A DNA stretch of 64,000 nucleotides. Origin: Flectonema sp. DT1601 (lineage: Eukaryota). The stretch is taken from assembly GCA_964019425.1 (NCBI GenBank), contig OZ025797.1, positions 1,178,001 through 1,242,000 on the forward strand, given 5' to 3'. Positions 48,718 to 58,317 of this stretch are shown in pieces (within the stretch, counting starts at the first letter, position 1; each line of letters opens with the position of its first letter). A program made the translations under genes and the position numbers. The notes under the pieces are model-generated. The model made no database searches. It saw only the letters and a list, made by a program, of their open reading frames with translations, and had not been told where the DNA came from.

Positions 48718-51700
48718 TATTATAAAATACTGTTGGAAAGGGCAGCGCCCAAATTAGAAAGAATTAAGAATGTACAGAAACTTGCTAATAGGATCAACAA
48801 CGAGATTCTGAGAGCAGCGAGTAGGGCCATCCCAGGCTACAACAAGAAGTCAAGTAGTACCTTCGCTGTGAGGGATTCAGAATTGGAAGATTTGATGGCA
48901 GAGACTGACCCTGATAAGACAGACTCAGAAGCAATTGAAAGAGGTATCAACATGATCAAACAGAAGATCATTGAGTGCGACATGACTGGAATGGACTACC
49001 GATGGGCCTTTAGAAAAGTTAAACAACTGGAAGGTAGAATGATGGACCATTCAATTACTAAGATTGTCGACGGTGAGAAGGAATTAACTGACCCGCGGGA
49101 GATGGCAGATGTCTTCACCAAAACATACGCAGACCAATTCAAATTCGAAGACGGTGAACCAACCTTACAAGGAATACCTGATGACAACTCGGTGGAATTT
49201 GGAATGCCTGAACTGGAACGACAAATTTCAAAAACAAAGGAGAAGAAGGCACCTGGACCGGACCACATCTGGAACTCGATGTTAAAACAACTTCCAAAAG
49301 CTTTCCTCGAGCAACTACTAAGACTATTCAACCTCTCATGGCAACGATCAGCAGTACCCAGGTGCTGGAAAAGTGGAATGGTAATACCCATACTGAAACC
49401 TGATAAAGACAAGAAACAAGTCCTATCGTACAGACCGATAGCACTAACCTCGACCGTCTCGAAACTCTTTGAAAGAATGGTCGTAGAACGGATGCACCAC
49501 CTGTTGAAAGACAGAATGAATCCGAGGCAAGCAGCCTACAAACGAGGACGGGATTCCATTGAAAATCTCTGTATAGTTACAGACAAACTCAAAAGTGCCA
49601 AGGCAATGGGAGAAGAAGCGATATTAATCACCTTCGACCTACAAAAAGCCTTTGATGCAGTTCAACCGGTAACTCTTCTAAATAAGATGTCCAAAATAGG
49701 ACTACCAACGAAATATCTACGGTGGGTTCAAAACTACTTGACTAGTAGGAAGATTTCAACAAGGGTGAATGGAGTGAAGGGAGCATTCCGGAACATTCGA
49801 GTAGGAGTACCACAAGGAAGCGTGCTGGGACCCCAGTTATTCTCTATCTTCATAAATGATTTGATAGATAAACTAGAGATGTACGAACCGACTGTCTTTG
49901 CAGATGATGTTGGAATAGTAATAACCGCAGGCACTGTCAGCTGTTTAGAAAACAAGGTTAACAACGCAGTCAAAATATTTGAAAGGTGGGCACTTGACTC
50001 ACACATCAAAATCAATAAGAACCCTGGCAAGACGGAATACATTCACGTGAGGCCAAGTGGAACACATGACAAGTCCCCAGTGGTAGTATACTCTGAAGAA
50101 CACACATTTAAATATGTGGTGGCCACGGCAGAACAAATGAGTAACCTTGTGAAGGATGATAACTCAACAACTGTAGCTTCAAAAGAAGAATTCGCCATCA
50201 CTCACCTGTATGTCGTTCCAAAACATAAGATCAAAGTCAAGCTACCGAACAAACCGGCGGTACTGAAAACAATGAAGATGAGTGCCCGCTTCCCACAACT
50301 GAAGAAAGTCCACAACAAGGCAGAAATAGATAAGATGCTGGAAAGAGTGGGACCCGGATTACACGGATTTGCCTATGCGGTTGGACGAAAAGTTCACAAG
50401 ACGAATACCGTGCGGTATCTAGGCGTACATTATGACGAGAAGTTAACCTTTAAGTCGCAAATTCAAAAGATGATGACAGCTGCTTCCAAGGGTCTAGGCT
50501 TGTTGGTTAGACTCACCAGGATAGGCTGCAGAAAGAGGACACTCATCAGTATACTGGTGACGGTGGTGTTAGCAAGGGTGCTTTATGGTGTTGAAAGCTT
50601 TGCTTGGATGCTACCAAAAGAGTGCTTCGAACAACTGGAATTACTGGTAAACAGGGCAGTGAGGCTGGTAACTGGATGTCTGCGGAGCACCAAACTACAG
50701 AGACTTTACAAAGAAGCCGACACGCCAAGACTGAAGGAACACATCCAGTATAAGATGTGTAGAACTTATGAACGTTTCAAATTGAGTCCGTTCCTACCGA
50801 CTCGCAAGCTGACGAGAACAGGGAGTTCAGAATTATTTCAAAAATCGAAATGGGGATGGAATGTCTGGATAGACTATGTCTCTGGTGTCCCTGGCCTTGA
50901 CAACTACCGGAGCATTACCAACCTGGAAGTGAACCCAGAACACTACACTGTCCCTCCATGGAAAAGTACTAATGCGATGAAATTCACATATTCACGCAAC
51001 AAGGAAGAGGCTGAACAGCGAGAAACTGAATTACCAGCTCACGAGATGAAAGTCTACACTGACGGGTCGATAAGACACAAACCCAACACTTACATGACAG
51101 ACTCGGCTGCCGCTGTGGTCATGGTTAACGGAAGCAAGATGCGTCTACTTGGATATAAAATACCAGTAGCGGGTTCCTCTTATAGGACCGAGCAGATTGC
51201 AGTGAAACTGGCGTTGGAAAATTTAGTTCAGGTGGCGGAGGATGAACATGAATCTCTAACAACAACGACGCACCTGTTGACTGATTCGATGTCAGTCATG
51301 CAGGCATTGGAACAAGGGCCATATAAACAAAGGTCCCCAATGAACAAAAAGATCTGGAAGTTGGCAATAAAACTGGAGAAGAAGGGAATCCAAGTCAACA
51401 TGCAGTATGTACCGGCACACAGAAACGTGCGGTACAACGAAGTAGCGGACCAACTGGCGAAATTCGCTGCAGGCCTGAAGGAAGATCCACCTCACGAAGA
51501 TGTTATTATTAAACAACTGCCCACTCAACTTGACATGGGAACATTGATGACGTTTCACAAGCGGAGAAAACGGGAGAACTGGATCGGACCGGGAGAGGTA
51601 AGACACCCTCCGTACATCGAAGCTCTAACACGACCAGAGGAAGTACTGATGTCACGCTTTAGAGTGGGACATTGCAGATCTCTGATAATCAAAGGACTGA

Positions 51701-52176
51701 ACGAGCTGTGCTTTTTCTGTAAACTTGGAAAGGCGACAGCACATCATGTATTATTTATATGCGAACATTGGTGTATAGAAACCTTGAGGGAAAAATACAT
51801 CAGTCACATGATGAATGACAAGGGAGAGGAAGCATGCCAACTGGAGGACTGCTACTTACCTGCGAATCAACAGCAGATGACTGGTTTTGTCACAACCTTA
51901 GACAGACTGGCACAACTATTAGGACGGTAGTATTATTAAAACATCGACATTTCGAATATCAACATTGAAGGCATCATTGCAACACATCTGAAGTCGTCCA
52001 AGTGGACAATTTATTCTGTAGTATTAGTTTTAAGTTATCAAAACAAAGAAAGGAGATACGAAGCCTACGGGATTCCCACCCCCAACCCCCAAAACAAAGA
52101 AAGTAAGAAAGAAAGAAAGAAAAAGAACAACCGCGCCTAACAGCGCAATCAGCATCACAGACTCACGGGTCGTGGT

Positions 52177-52202
<26 letters not shown>
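48718..52202 (+). mobile_element. Non-LTR retrotransposon copy 1, 5'-truncated (no ORF1, no APE), poly(A) tail
   Basis: Homology to copy 2 begins at YYKILLERAAPK just after an A9T run. 3' UTR followed by a 33-nt A run (52179-52211) that merges with the 5' A-run of copy 2. Confidence 0.92.
48733..51930 (+). pseudogene. ORF2 remnant: RT + RNase H + C-terminal CCHC; frame open but lacking its 5' end
   Basis: YRPIAL, DLQKAFD, GVPQGSVLGP, FADD, YLG, YTDGS, LTDS, VPAH..NEVADQLAK, CFFC...HVLFIC. Confidence 0.9.
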
Positions 52203-52213
<11 letters not shown>

Positions 52214-52215
52214 AA

Positions 52216-54045
52216 ATGGCTGGTAAGAAAGCAATGCGTCCGCAAGACAGAAGGGCAGCGGAAAGGAGAGAAAGAGAAAGGAAAGAGGCGAAGATGATGA
52301 GGGAACAAGCCAGAAATGAGATCCGGGAAGAAGAAGAGGAGTCTCAGCAGGAGATAGAGTCCCAGCAACAGGAAGAAATGGAGATGGACTCTCCAGAAGT
52401 GCCAGAAGGAATCTCAGTAGAGGTGACCGCAGTAGGACCTCCAGCAGCATTTCAAGCAAGCCCTCAAAACAAGGAGGCAATTCAAACAAAGACAAGCCCT
52501 CAAAACAAAGAGGCAATTCAAATAAGCCCTCAAAACATAGAGGCACAAGGAAGTGTTTTAAAAACAAAACAAAGCCCTCCATCAAATGAGGCACCCCAAT
52601 CAAGCCCTCAAATCAAAGAGGCACAAAGAAGATCGACGGTGATGATGAATGGACCACCACCAAAGTTTAACAAGGAGCATTTTAAATGCAAAATACTCCA
52701 GCCAACTGATGACCTCAACAGCAAGACCAACGGCATTATACTTGCATTATCTCAACAAGGAAGAAACCTGGACGAAGACTACTTCGAAAAGGCTAGCAAA
52801 ACGCAACAACTGACGATAGTGTTCACACGACCACCTCCAAAACGTGCCCTACAACACGCAACTGACTGCAGTCAGATTCAGACGCCAGTCCAATTCGATG
52901 GACAATTAAAAATTAGAAGCTGGTGGTTCGTTACAATGTCAGGCACGACCCACAGACCAACATTGACCATCGCCAAAAAGGTCAACCCACCGGAGACACA
53001 TGAACTGATAGCCTGGATGACAAAGAAGGACATCTCCAAGGCGCAGGTGGAAAGCCCCTCAGCAGTAACAGCCATGATAAAAGCGGTTGTTGCACAACAC
53101 GGAAGGGTGGATCAAAGATCGTACAGATCAGTGGAGGGAGACTTTGCGGAGTTAACAATCCTGCCAACGGATGTAGACTCAGCAGTAAAGTTACTGAAGA
53201 ACTCGGGAACAGACAAGGTCTACTTCCGAATCAAACAAACGCTGGGACAGTCAGCAACCAAGTACAGTACCGTGTGGCTGGACCGCAAGACGACGAATGA
53301 TGAGGCAGTTGGCATTCTGAAAGCCCAACAAGACCTCTGTTACGGACTCACCATCAGCCACGGCAAAATAGGGTTGAGAGTGATTAAAACAAAGGACGTC
53401 GACAAAGTAAGGAAGGGAGCTGGGAAGTACGCCAGCACTGTATACGGCGAAGGGCTACACCGTCTCAGCGGAGCGCCTTACAGCTGGGGCAACAGGCTCC
53501 AGAATATTCTATCGCAGTTGGGACTGAGGTCTAAATTTGTAAGGATGGAGCGGGGTGACTTCATCATCGCGTTGGACAAGAAGCCGGAAACGAAACTTGT
53601 CCAATGTGGTGAGGTAGTCATCCTAATTGAAAAATTAGAAAGTGTGGAAGTGGAAGTGAAGAAACCCGTCGTTGTGAAATACCGCGAGGCCAAGACTTCG
53701 TATGCAGCCGCAGTCAAAAAGACGTTACCGACTCCGAAAAATCCAACAACTGAAGTACAAAACTCTGAGAGCAGTGTTAAGGAACTCAGAGAAAAGACTG
53801 ACAGCATGATGGCACAACTTAAGAATGATGTTACAGATCTGCAGAAAAGATTAGAGGAGGGACTCTACAATCTAACGAAGGTGGTCGCAACCCTGACGGA
53901 GGCCGCTAATAAAAACGAAAAGAACTATAACAACATGGCCATAGCCATCACAAGTCTGGTAGAATCGGTGAAGCGGATGGAAGCCACTATTGGTCTCGGT
54001 CGAACAACAAGTACGAATAGAAACAACAACACTGGCCAATCATGA
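52216..54045 (+). CDS. ORF1 protein, 609 aa: charged N-terminus, SPQ repeats, unassigned central domain, SYAAAV motif, C-terminal coiled coil
   Basis: Lies before ORF2 and overlaps it by ATGA. Homologous to the copy 3 ORF1. No CCHC knuckle. Confidence 0.85.
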   Translation: MAGKKAMRPQDRRAAERRERERKEAKMMREQARNEIREEEEESQQEIESQQQEEMEMDSPEVPEGISVEVTAVGPPAAFQASPQNKEAIQTKTSPQNKEAIQISPQNIEAQGSVLKTKQSPPSNEAPQSSPQIKEAQRRSTVMMNGPPPKFNKEHFKCKILQPTDDLNSKTNGIILALSQQGRNLDEDYFEKASKTQQLTIVFTRPPPKRALQHATDCSQIQTPVQFDGQLKIRSWWFVTMSGTTHRPTLTIAKKVNPPETHELIAWMTKKDISKAQVESPSAVTAMIKAVVAQHGRVDQRSYRSVEGDFAELTILPTDVDSAVKLLKNSGTDKVYFRIKQTLGQSATKYSTVWLDRKTTNDEAVGILKAQQDLCYGLTISHGKIGLRVIKTKDVDKVRKGAGKYASTVYGEGLHRLSGAPYSWGNRLQNILSQLGLRSKFVRMERGDFIIALDKKPETKLVQCGEVVILIEKLESVEVEVKKPVVVKYREAKTSYAAAVKKTLPTPKNPTTEVQNSESSVKELREKTDSMMAQLKNDVTDLQKRLEEGLYNLTKVVATLTEAANKNEKNYNNMAIAITSLVESVKRMEATIGLGRTTSTNRNNNTGQS

Positions 54046-57000
54046 TTGTGATTTGGTCAAATAACATTCGCTCAGTTCTGAAACCAGAAAACTACTTCAA
54101 ACTGAATTGGGCTCTCAAAGAAGAAAAACCTGAAATAATACTACTACAAGAAACATGGTTAACCGATGACAAGCCCTTCTCTGTTGACGGGTACAAAACT
54201 TACAGAAGAGACAGCACCACCAAGATGGGACATCGTGGGCTCATTACATTGGTAAGGAATGATCTTAAAAATGCGATTACTAAACTCAACGACATCTCAT
54301 TTGACCAAACTGAGATACTATCAGTAGAATTACAGTCTAATCCACCTCTTATAATACATAATGTTTACCACCCGCCTGAAATCAAGGCAACAACCTGGAA
54401 GATTAAATCAGAACTCGGCACATTAATTGCAGGTGATATAAATGGACACCATCCGACATGGTCTAATGGAAATAAGAACACTACTGGTATAAGCTTCTAT
54501 AATTGGTCACTGGAAGCTGCGATGAAAGTTATTAACAACCCTCAACAACACACGAGACCGCTAAGCCTGACATCCCCAGACATTGTAGCCTTGGACAACA
54601 CGATGGAAGCAGAAGTTAAAATTATGAGAGGGTGGGGTAGCGACCATCAGCCACTCAAAATAATCATCGAAGAAATAAAGACTCAAGAGCAACATCAGAA
54701 AACTTACAATTGGAAATGGAAATGGCACTGTGCCGACTGGGAATACTACAGAAGAATATTGCAAGCTGCAGCACCCAAGCTGGAACATATAAAAACAGTC
54801 CAAAAACTGGGAGCAAGAATAAACAATGAAATATTAAAGGCAGCGGGAAGGGCCATACCAGGATATAACAAAGAAGTAGGTGGTGCCTTCACAGTGAGGG
54901 ACCCTGAACTTGAGGAGTTAATGACTGAGACGGATCCGGATAAAACAACTACGGATGCTATAGCAGAAGGAATCCGAAAGGTAAAACAGAACATTATCGA
55001 ATGTGATATGTCGGGAAAAGATTATCGGTGGGCCTTTCGGAAAGTCAAACAGCTAGAAGGTAGAACGATCGATCATGCGATCAGTAACATAACACACAAA
55101 GGGAGGGAATTAACTGATTCACAGGAAATAGCAAATGCTTTTACTGAAACGTACGCAAACCAATTCCCGAAAGATGGGGAAATGGAGACAATTTCGGAAC
55201 GACCGGATGAAAATGATGAGGAATTTGGGATGTCGGAACTGGTGAGACAGCTCACAAAAACGAAGGAAAAGAAAGCACCGGGACCCGACAAGATCTGGAA
55301 TTCTATGATCAAACAACTGCCGGAAGCCTTTCTCAAACAACTGTTGCGACTGTTTAACCTGTCATGGCAACGATCAGCTGTACCAAGGTGCTGGAAAAGC
55401 GGTATGGTCATACCCATATTAAAACCAGATAAGGACAAAAAGCAAGTTCTCTCTTATAGACCGATAACACTCACCTCTTCTATTGCGAAGCTCTTTGAGA
55501 GGATGATCGTTGAACGCATGCATCATTTATTAAATAAGACGATGAACCCAAGACAGGCGGCCTACAAACGCGGACGAGATGCTACAGAAAACCTATGCAT
55601 CGTAACTGACCGGCTTCTCAGTGCTAGGGACAGGGGAAAGGAAGCAATACTAATCACCTTTGATCTACAAAAGGCATTTGACGCGGTACAGCCAAAAACT
55701 CTTATGGACAAGATGATGACCGCAGGGTTACCAACAAGGTATCTGAGGTGGGTACAAAACTATCTGACCGGAAGAAAAATCACAACGAGGGTGAACGGAA
55801 CAAAAGGTAATTTCCAAAACATACAAGTGGGTGTACCACAAGGAAGCGTGCTGGGCCCCCAGCTCTTTTCGATATTTATAAACGATTTAATAGAGAAAAT
55901 GGAGAAGTTTGAGCCAACCGTCTTTGCTGACGATGTTGGGATAGTTATCGCATCCGATACCATCAACCGTCTGGAGGATCGAGTCAATGAAGCGGTACGA
56001 ATCTTTGAGGAATGGGCATTAGACTCCCAAATAAAAATTAATAAGAACCCTGGCAAAACTGAATACATTCATGTGAAGCCGAACAGAACGCAGGACAAGT
56101 CCCCAGTTGTGGTGTACTCTGAAGAGCATACTTTTAAATATGTTGTGGCCACAGCAGAACAGATAAGAAACCTTGTGAAAGACGATGGCACAACAACAGT
56201 AGAAAAGAAGGAAGACTATGCTGTCACTCACTTGTACGTGGTGCCGCCACATAGAATAAAGACAAAGCTGCCGAACAAACCAACAGTAATAAAAACACTA
56301 AAGATGAATGCTCAGCGCTTCCCCCAACTAAAGAAAGTTCACAATCGGGGGGAAATAGATAAGATGTTGGAAACAGTGGGGCCAGGACTTCACGGATTCG
56401 CACTTGCAACTGGACGGAAAGTACATAAGTCGAAAGTTGTAAGATACCTGGGAGTACACTATGACGAGAACCTGACATTCGAGTCACAGATGGGGAAAAT
56501 GATGATAGCTGCATCTAGAGGTCTTGGCTTGCTGACTAGACTTACCCGGATAGGCTGTAGGAAGAGAACGCTGATTAGCATCCTAGTGACGGTGGTCCTA
56601 GCAAGGATCCTTTATGGTGTTGAGAGCTTTGCTTGGGTACTAACAAGCAACTTTCTCCAGCAACTGGAATTAATTATAAACAGAACAGTGAGGCTGGTCA
56701 CTGGATGCCTGCGGAGCACAGAATTAACAAGACTGTACGAAGAGGCAGACACTCCACGACTAAAGGAACACATCCAATACAAGATGTGCAGAACATATGA
56801 ACGATTCAAGCTCAGTCCACACCTACCAGCACATGAACTGACAAAAACAAAAAGAATGGAAGAGAACCCACCAAAAACGATATGGGGATGGACTGTCTGG
56901 AATTACTATGTATCTGGGATCCCTGGTCTTGACATAAACAGAAGTATCATAAGCCAAGAAGTAAATCCGGAGCACTACACGCTACCACCGTGGAAAGAAA

Positions 57001-57962
57001 CTAATGCGATGAAGTTCACTTACCCAGGTGACAAAGACGAGGCGAAACGGAGTGAAGCAGACTTACCTGCTCAAGACACGAGAGTTTACACGGATGGGTC
57101 GATAAGACACAAGTCTAAGACCTACATGACGAATGCAGCTGCTGCTGTGGTTATAGTAGACAAAGGCAAGACGTGTCTACTTGGATACAAAATACCGGTG
57201 GCGGGTTCCTCCTACAGGACTGAACAGATCGCTGTAAAATTGGCGATGGAGAATCTTGTTCAAGCAGCGAAGGAGGAACGAGAATGTCCAACAGCAACGA
57301 CGCACCTGTTGACTGATTCGATGTCAGTCATGCAGGCATTGGAACAAGGACCATACAAACAAAGGTCCCCAATGAATAAAGACATCTGGAAGTTAGCTAT
57401 GAAGCTAGAGAGGAAGGGTGTACAAATTAACGTACAGTATGTGCCAGCGCACAGAAATGTACGATACAATGAAGTAGCAGACCAGATTGCGAAATATGCA
57501 GCAGGCCTGAAGGATGATCCACCTTATAAGGATGTAATTATTAAACAACTACCCGCTCAACTTGATATGGGAACGATGATGACCTTCCACAAGCGGAGAA
57601 AACGGGAGAACTGGTTAGGGCCAGGAGAGGTAAGGCACCCTCCATACATTGATGAGCTCACCAGACCGGAAGAAGTGATCATGTCACGCTTTAGAGTGGG
57701 ACACTGCAGATCCTTGAAACTCAAGGGACAAAATGAGAAATGCATTTTCTGTAAAGATGCAAGGGCAACACCACATCATGTGGCCTTATTATGTGAACAC
57801 TGGTGCGTGGAATTCTTAAGAGACAAGTACATCGATCCTATGATAAACGAAGAAGGAGAAGAACCATGTTCTCTAGAAGACTGTTACTTACCGAATAACC
57901 AACGAAAGATGTTAAACTTTGTCACTGTCTTGGACGAACTAGCAGTACTAACAGGAAGGTAA
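54042..57962 (+). CDS. ORF2 protein, 1306 aa: APE endonuclease - RT - RNase H - CCHC
   Basis: SNNIRS, LLQETW, NVYHPP, AGDINGH, SPDI, GSDHQP; FADD; YTDGS; CIFC...HVALLC. Confidence 0.96.
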   Translation: MIVIWSNNIRSVLKPENYFKLNWALKEEKPEIILLQETWLTDDKPFSVDGYKTYRRDSTTKMGHRGLITLVRNDLKNAITKLNDISFDQTEILSVELQSNPPLIIHNVYHPPEIKATTWKIKSELGTLIAGDINGHHPTWSNGNKNTTGISFYNWSLEAAMKVINNPQQHTRPLSLTSPDIVALDNTMEAEVKIMRGWGSDHQPLKIIIEEIKTQEQHQKTYNWKWKWHCADWEYYRRILQAAAPKLEHIKTVQKLGARINNEILKAAGRAIPGYNKEVGGAFTVRDPELEELMTETDPDKTTTDAIAEGIRKVKQNIIECDMSGKDYRWAFRKVKQLEGRTIDHAISNITHKGRELTDSQEIANAFTETYANQFPKDGEMETISERPDENDEEFGMSELVRQLTKTKEKKAPGPDKIWNSMIKQLPEAFLKQLLRLFNLSWQRSAVPRCWKSGMVIPILKPDKDKKQVLSYRPITLTSSIAKLFERMIVERMHHLLNKTMNPRQAAYKRGRDATENLCIVTDRLLSARDRGKEAILITFDLQKAFDAVQPKTLMDKMMTAGLPTRYLRWVQNYLTGRKITTRVNGTKGNFQNIQVGVPQGSVLGPQLFSIFINDLIEKMEKFEPTVFADDVGIVIASDTINRLEDRVNEAVRIFEEWALDSQIKINKNPGKTEYIHVKPNRTQDKSPVVVYSEEHTFKYVVATAEQIRNLVKDDGTTTVEKKEDYAVTHLYVVPPHRIKTKLPNKPTVIKTLKMNAQRFPQLKKVHNRGEIDKMLETVGPGLHGFALATGRKVHKSKVVRYLGVHYDENLTFESQMGKMMIAASRGLGLLTRLTRIGCRKRTLISILVTVVLARILYGVESFAWVLTSNFLQQLELIINRTVRLVTGCLRSTELTRLYEEADTPRLKEHIQYKMCRTYERFKLSPHLPAHELTKTKRMEENPPKTIWGWTVWNYYVSGIPGLDINRSIISQEVNPEHYTLPPWKETNAMKFTYPGDKDEAKRSEADLPAQDTRVYTDGSIRHKSKTYMTNAAAAVVIVDKGKTCLLGYKIPVAGSSYRTEQIAVKLAMENLVQAAKEERECPTATTHLLTDSMSVMQALEQGPYKQRSPMNKDIWKLAMKLERKGVQINVQYVPAHRNVRYNEVADQIAKYAAGLKDDPPYKDVIIKQLPAQLDMGTMMTFHKRRKRENWLGPGEVRHPPYIDELTRPEEVIMSRFRVGHCRSLKLKGQNEKCIFCKDARATPHHVALLCEHWCVEFLRDKYIDPMINEEGEEPCSLEDCYLPNNQRKMLNFVTVLDELAVLTGR

Positions 57963-58317
57963 TCTTATAATCGACAAATGTCAAGATCAAGACCGCAGCC
58001 TACAAGACTAGGAAGTACTGATGGCAATTTAGCAACACATCCGAAGACGTCCAAGTGGACAATTTACTCTGTAGTATTAGTTTTAAGTTATCAAAACAAA
58101 GAAAGGAGATACGAAGCCTACGGGATCCCCACCCCCAACCCCCAAAACAAAGAAAGTAAGAAAGAAAGAAAGAAAAAGAACAACCGCGCCTAACAGCGCA
58201 ATCAGCATCACAGACTCACGGGTCGTGGTGCACACAAAAAAAAAAAAAAAAAATTTGTTTTTGTTCTTTTCACTTCTTTGTTTTGTCTTTCTTTTATACT
58301 TTACAAAAAAAAATAAA

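Larger units (their letters stand above)
52203..58253 (+). mobile_element. Non-LTR retrotransposon copy 2, both ORFs intact (I-group/Ingi-like domain order)
   Basis: ORF1 + ORF2 + 3' UTR + ACAC(A)18. Candidate TSD TTTGTTT at 48701-48707 and 58254-58260. Confidence 0.94.

Noticed and set aside
48148..48725. ORFs 48148-48606, 48207-48596 and 48513-48725
   Set aside because: They overlap the tRNA gene and show no protein motifs.
51988..52010. Hammerhead-like CTGAAGTC-GTCC-AAGT-GGAC in the retrotransposon 3' UTR
   Set aside because: Lacks GAAA after stem II, and the CUGAnGA core is broken in both copies.
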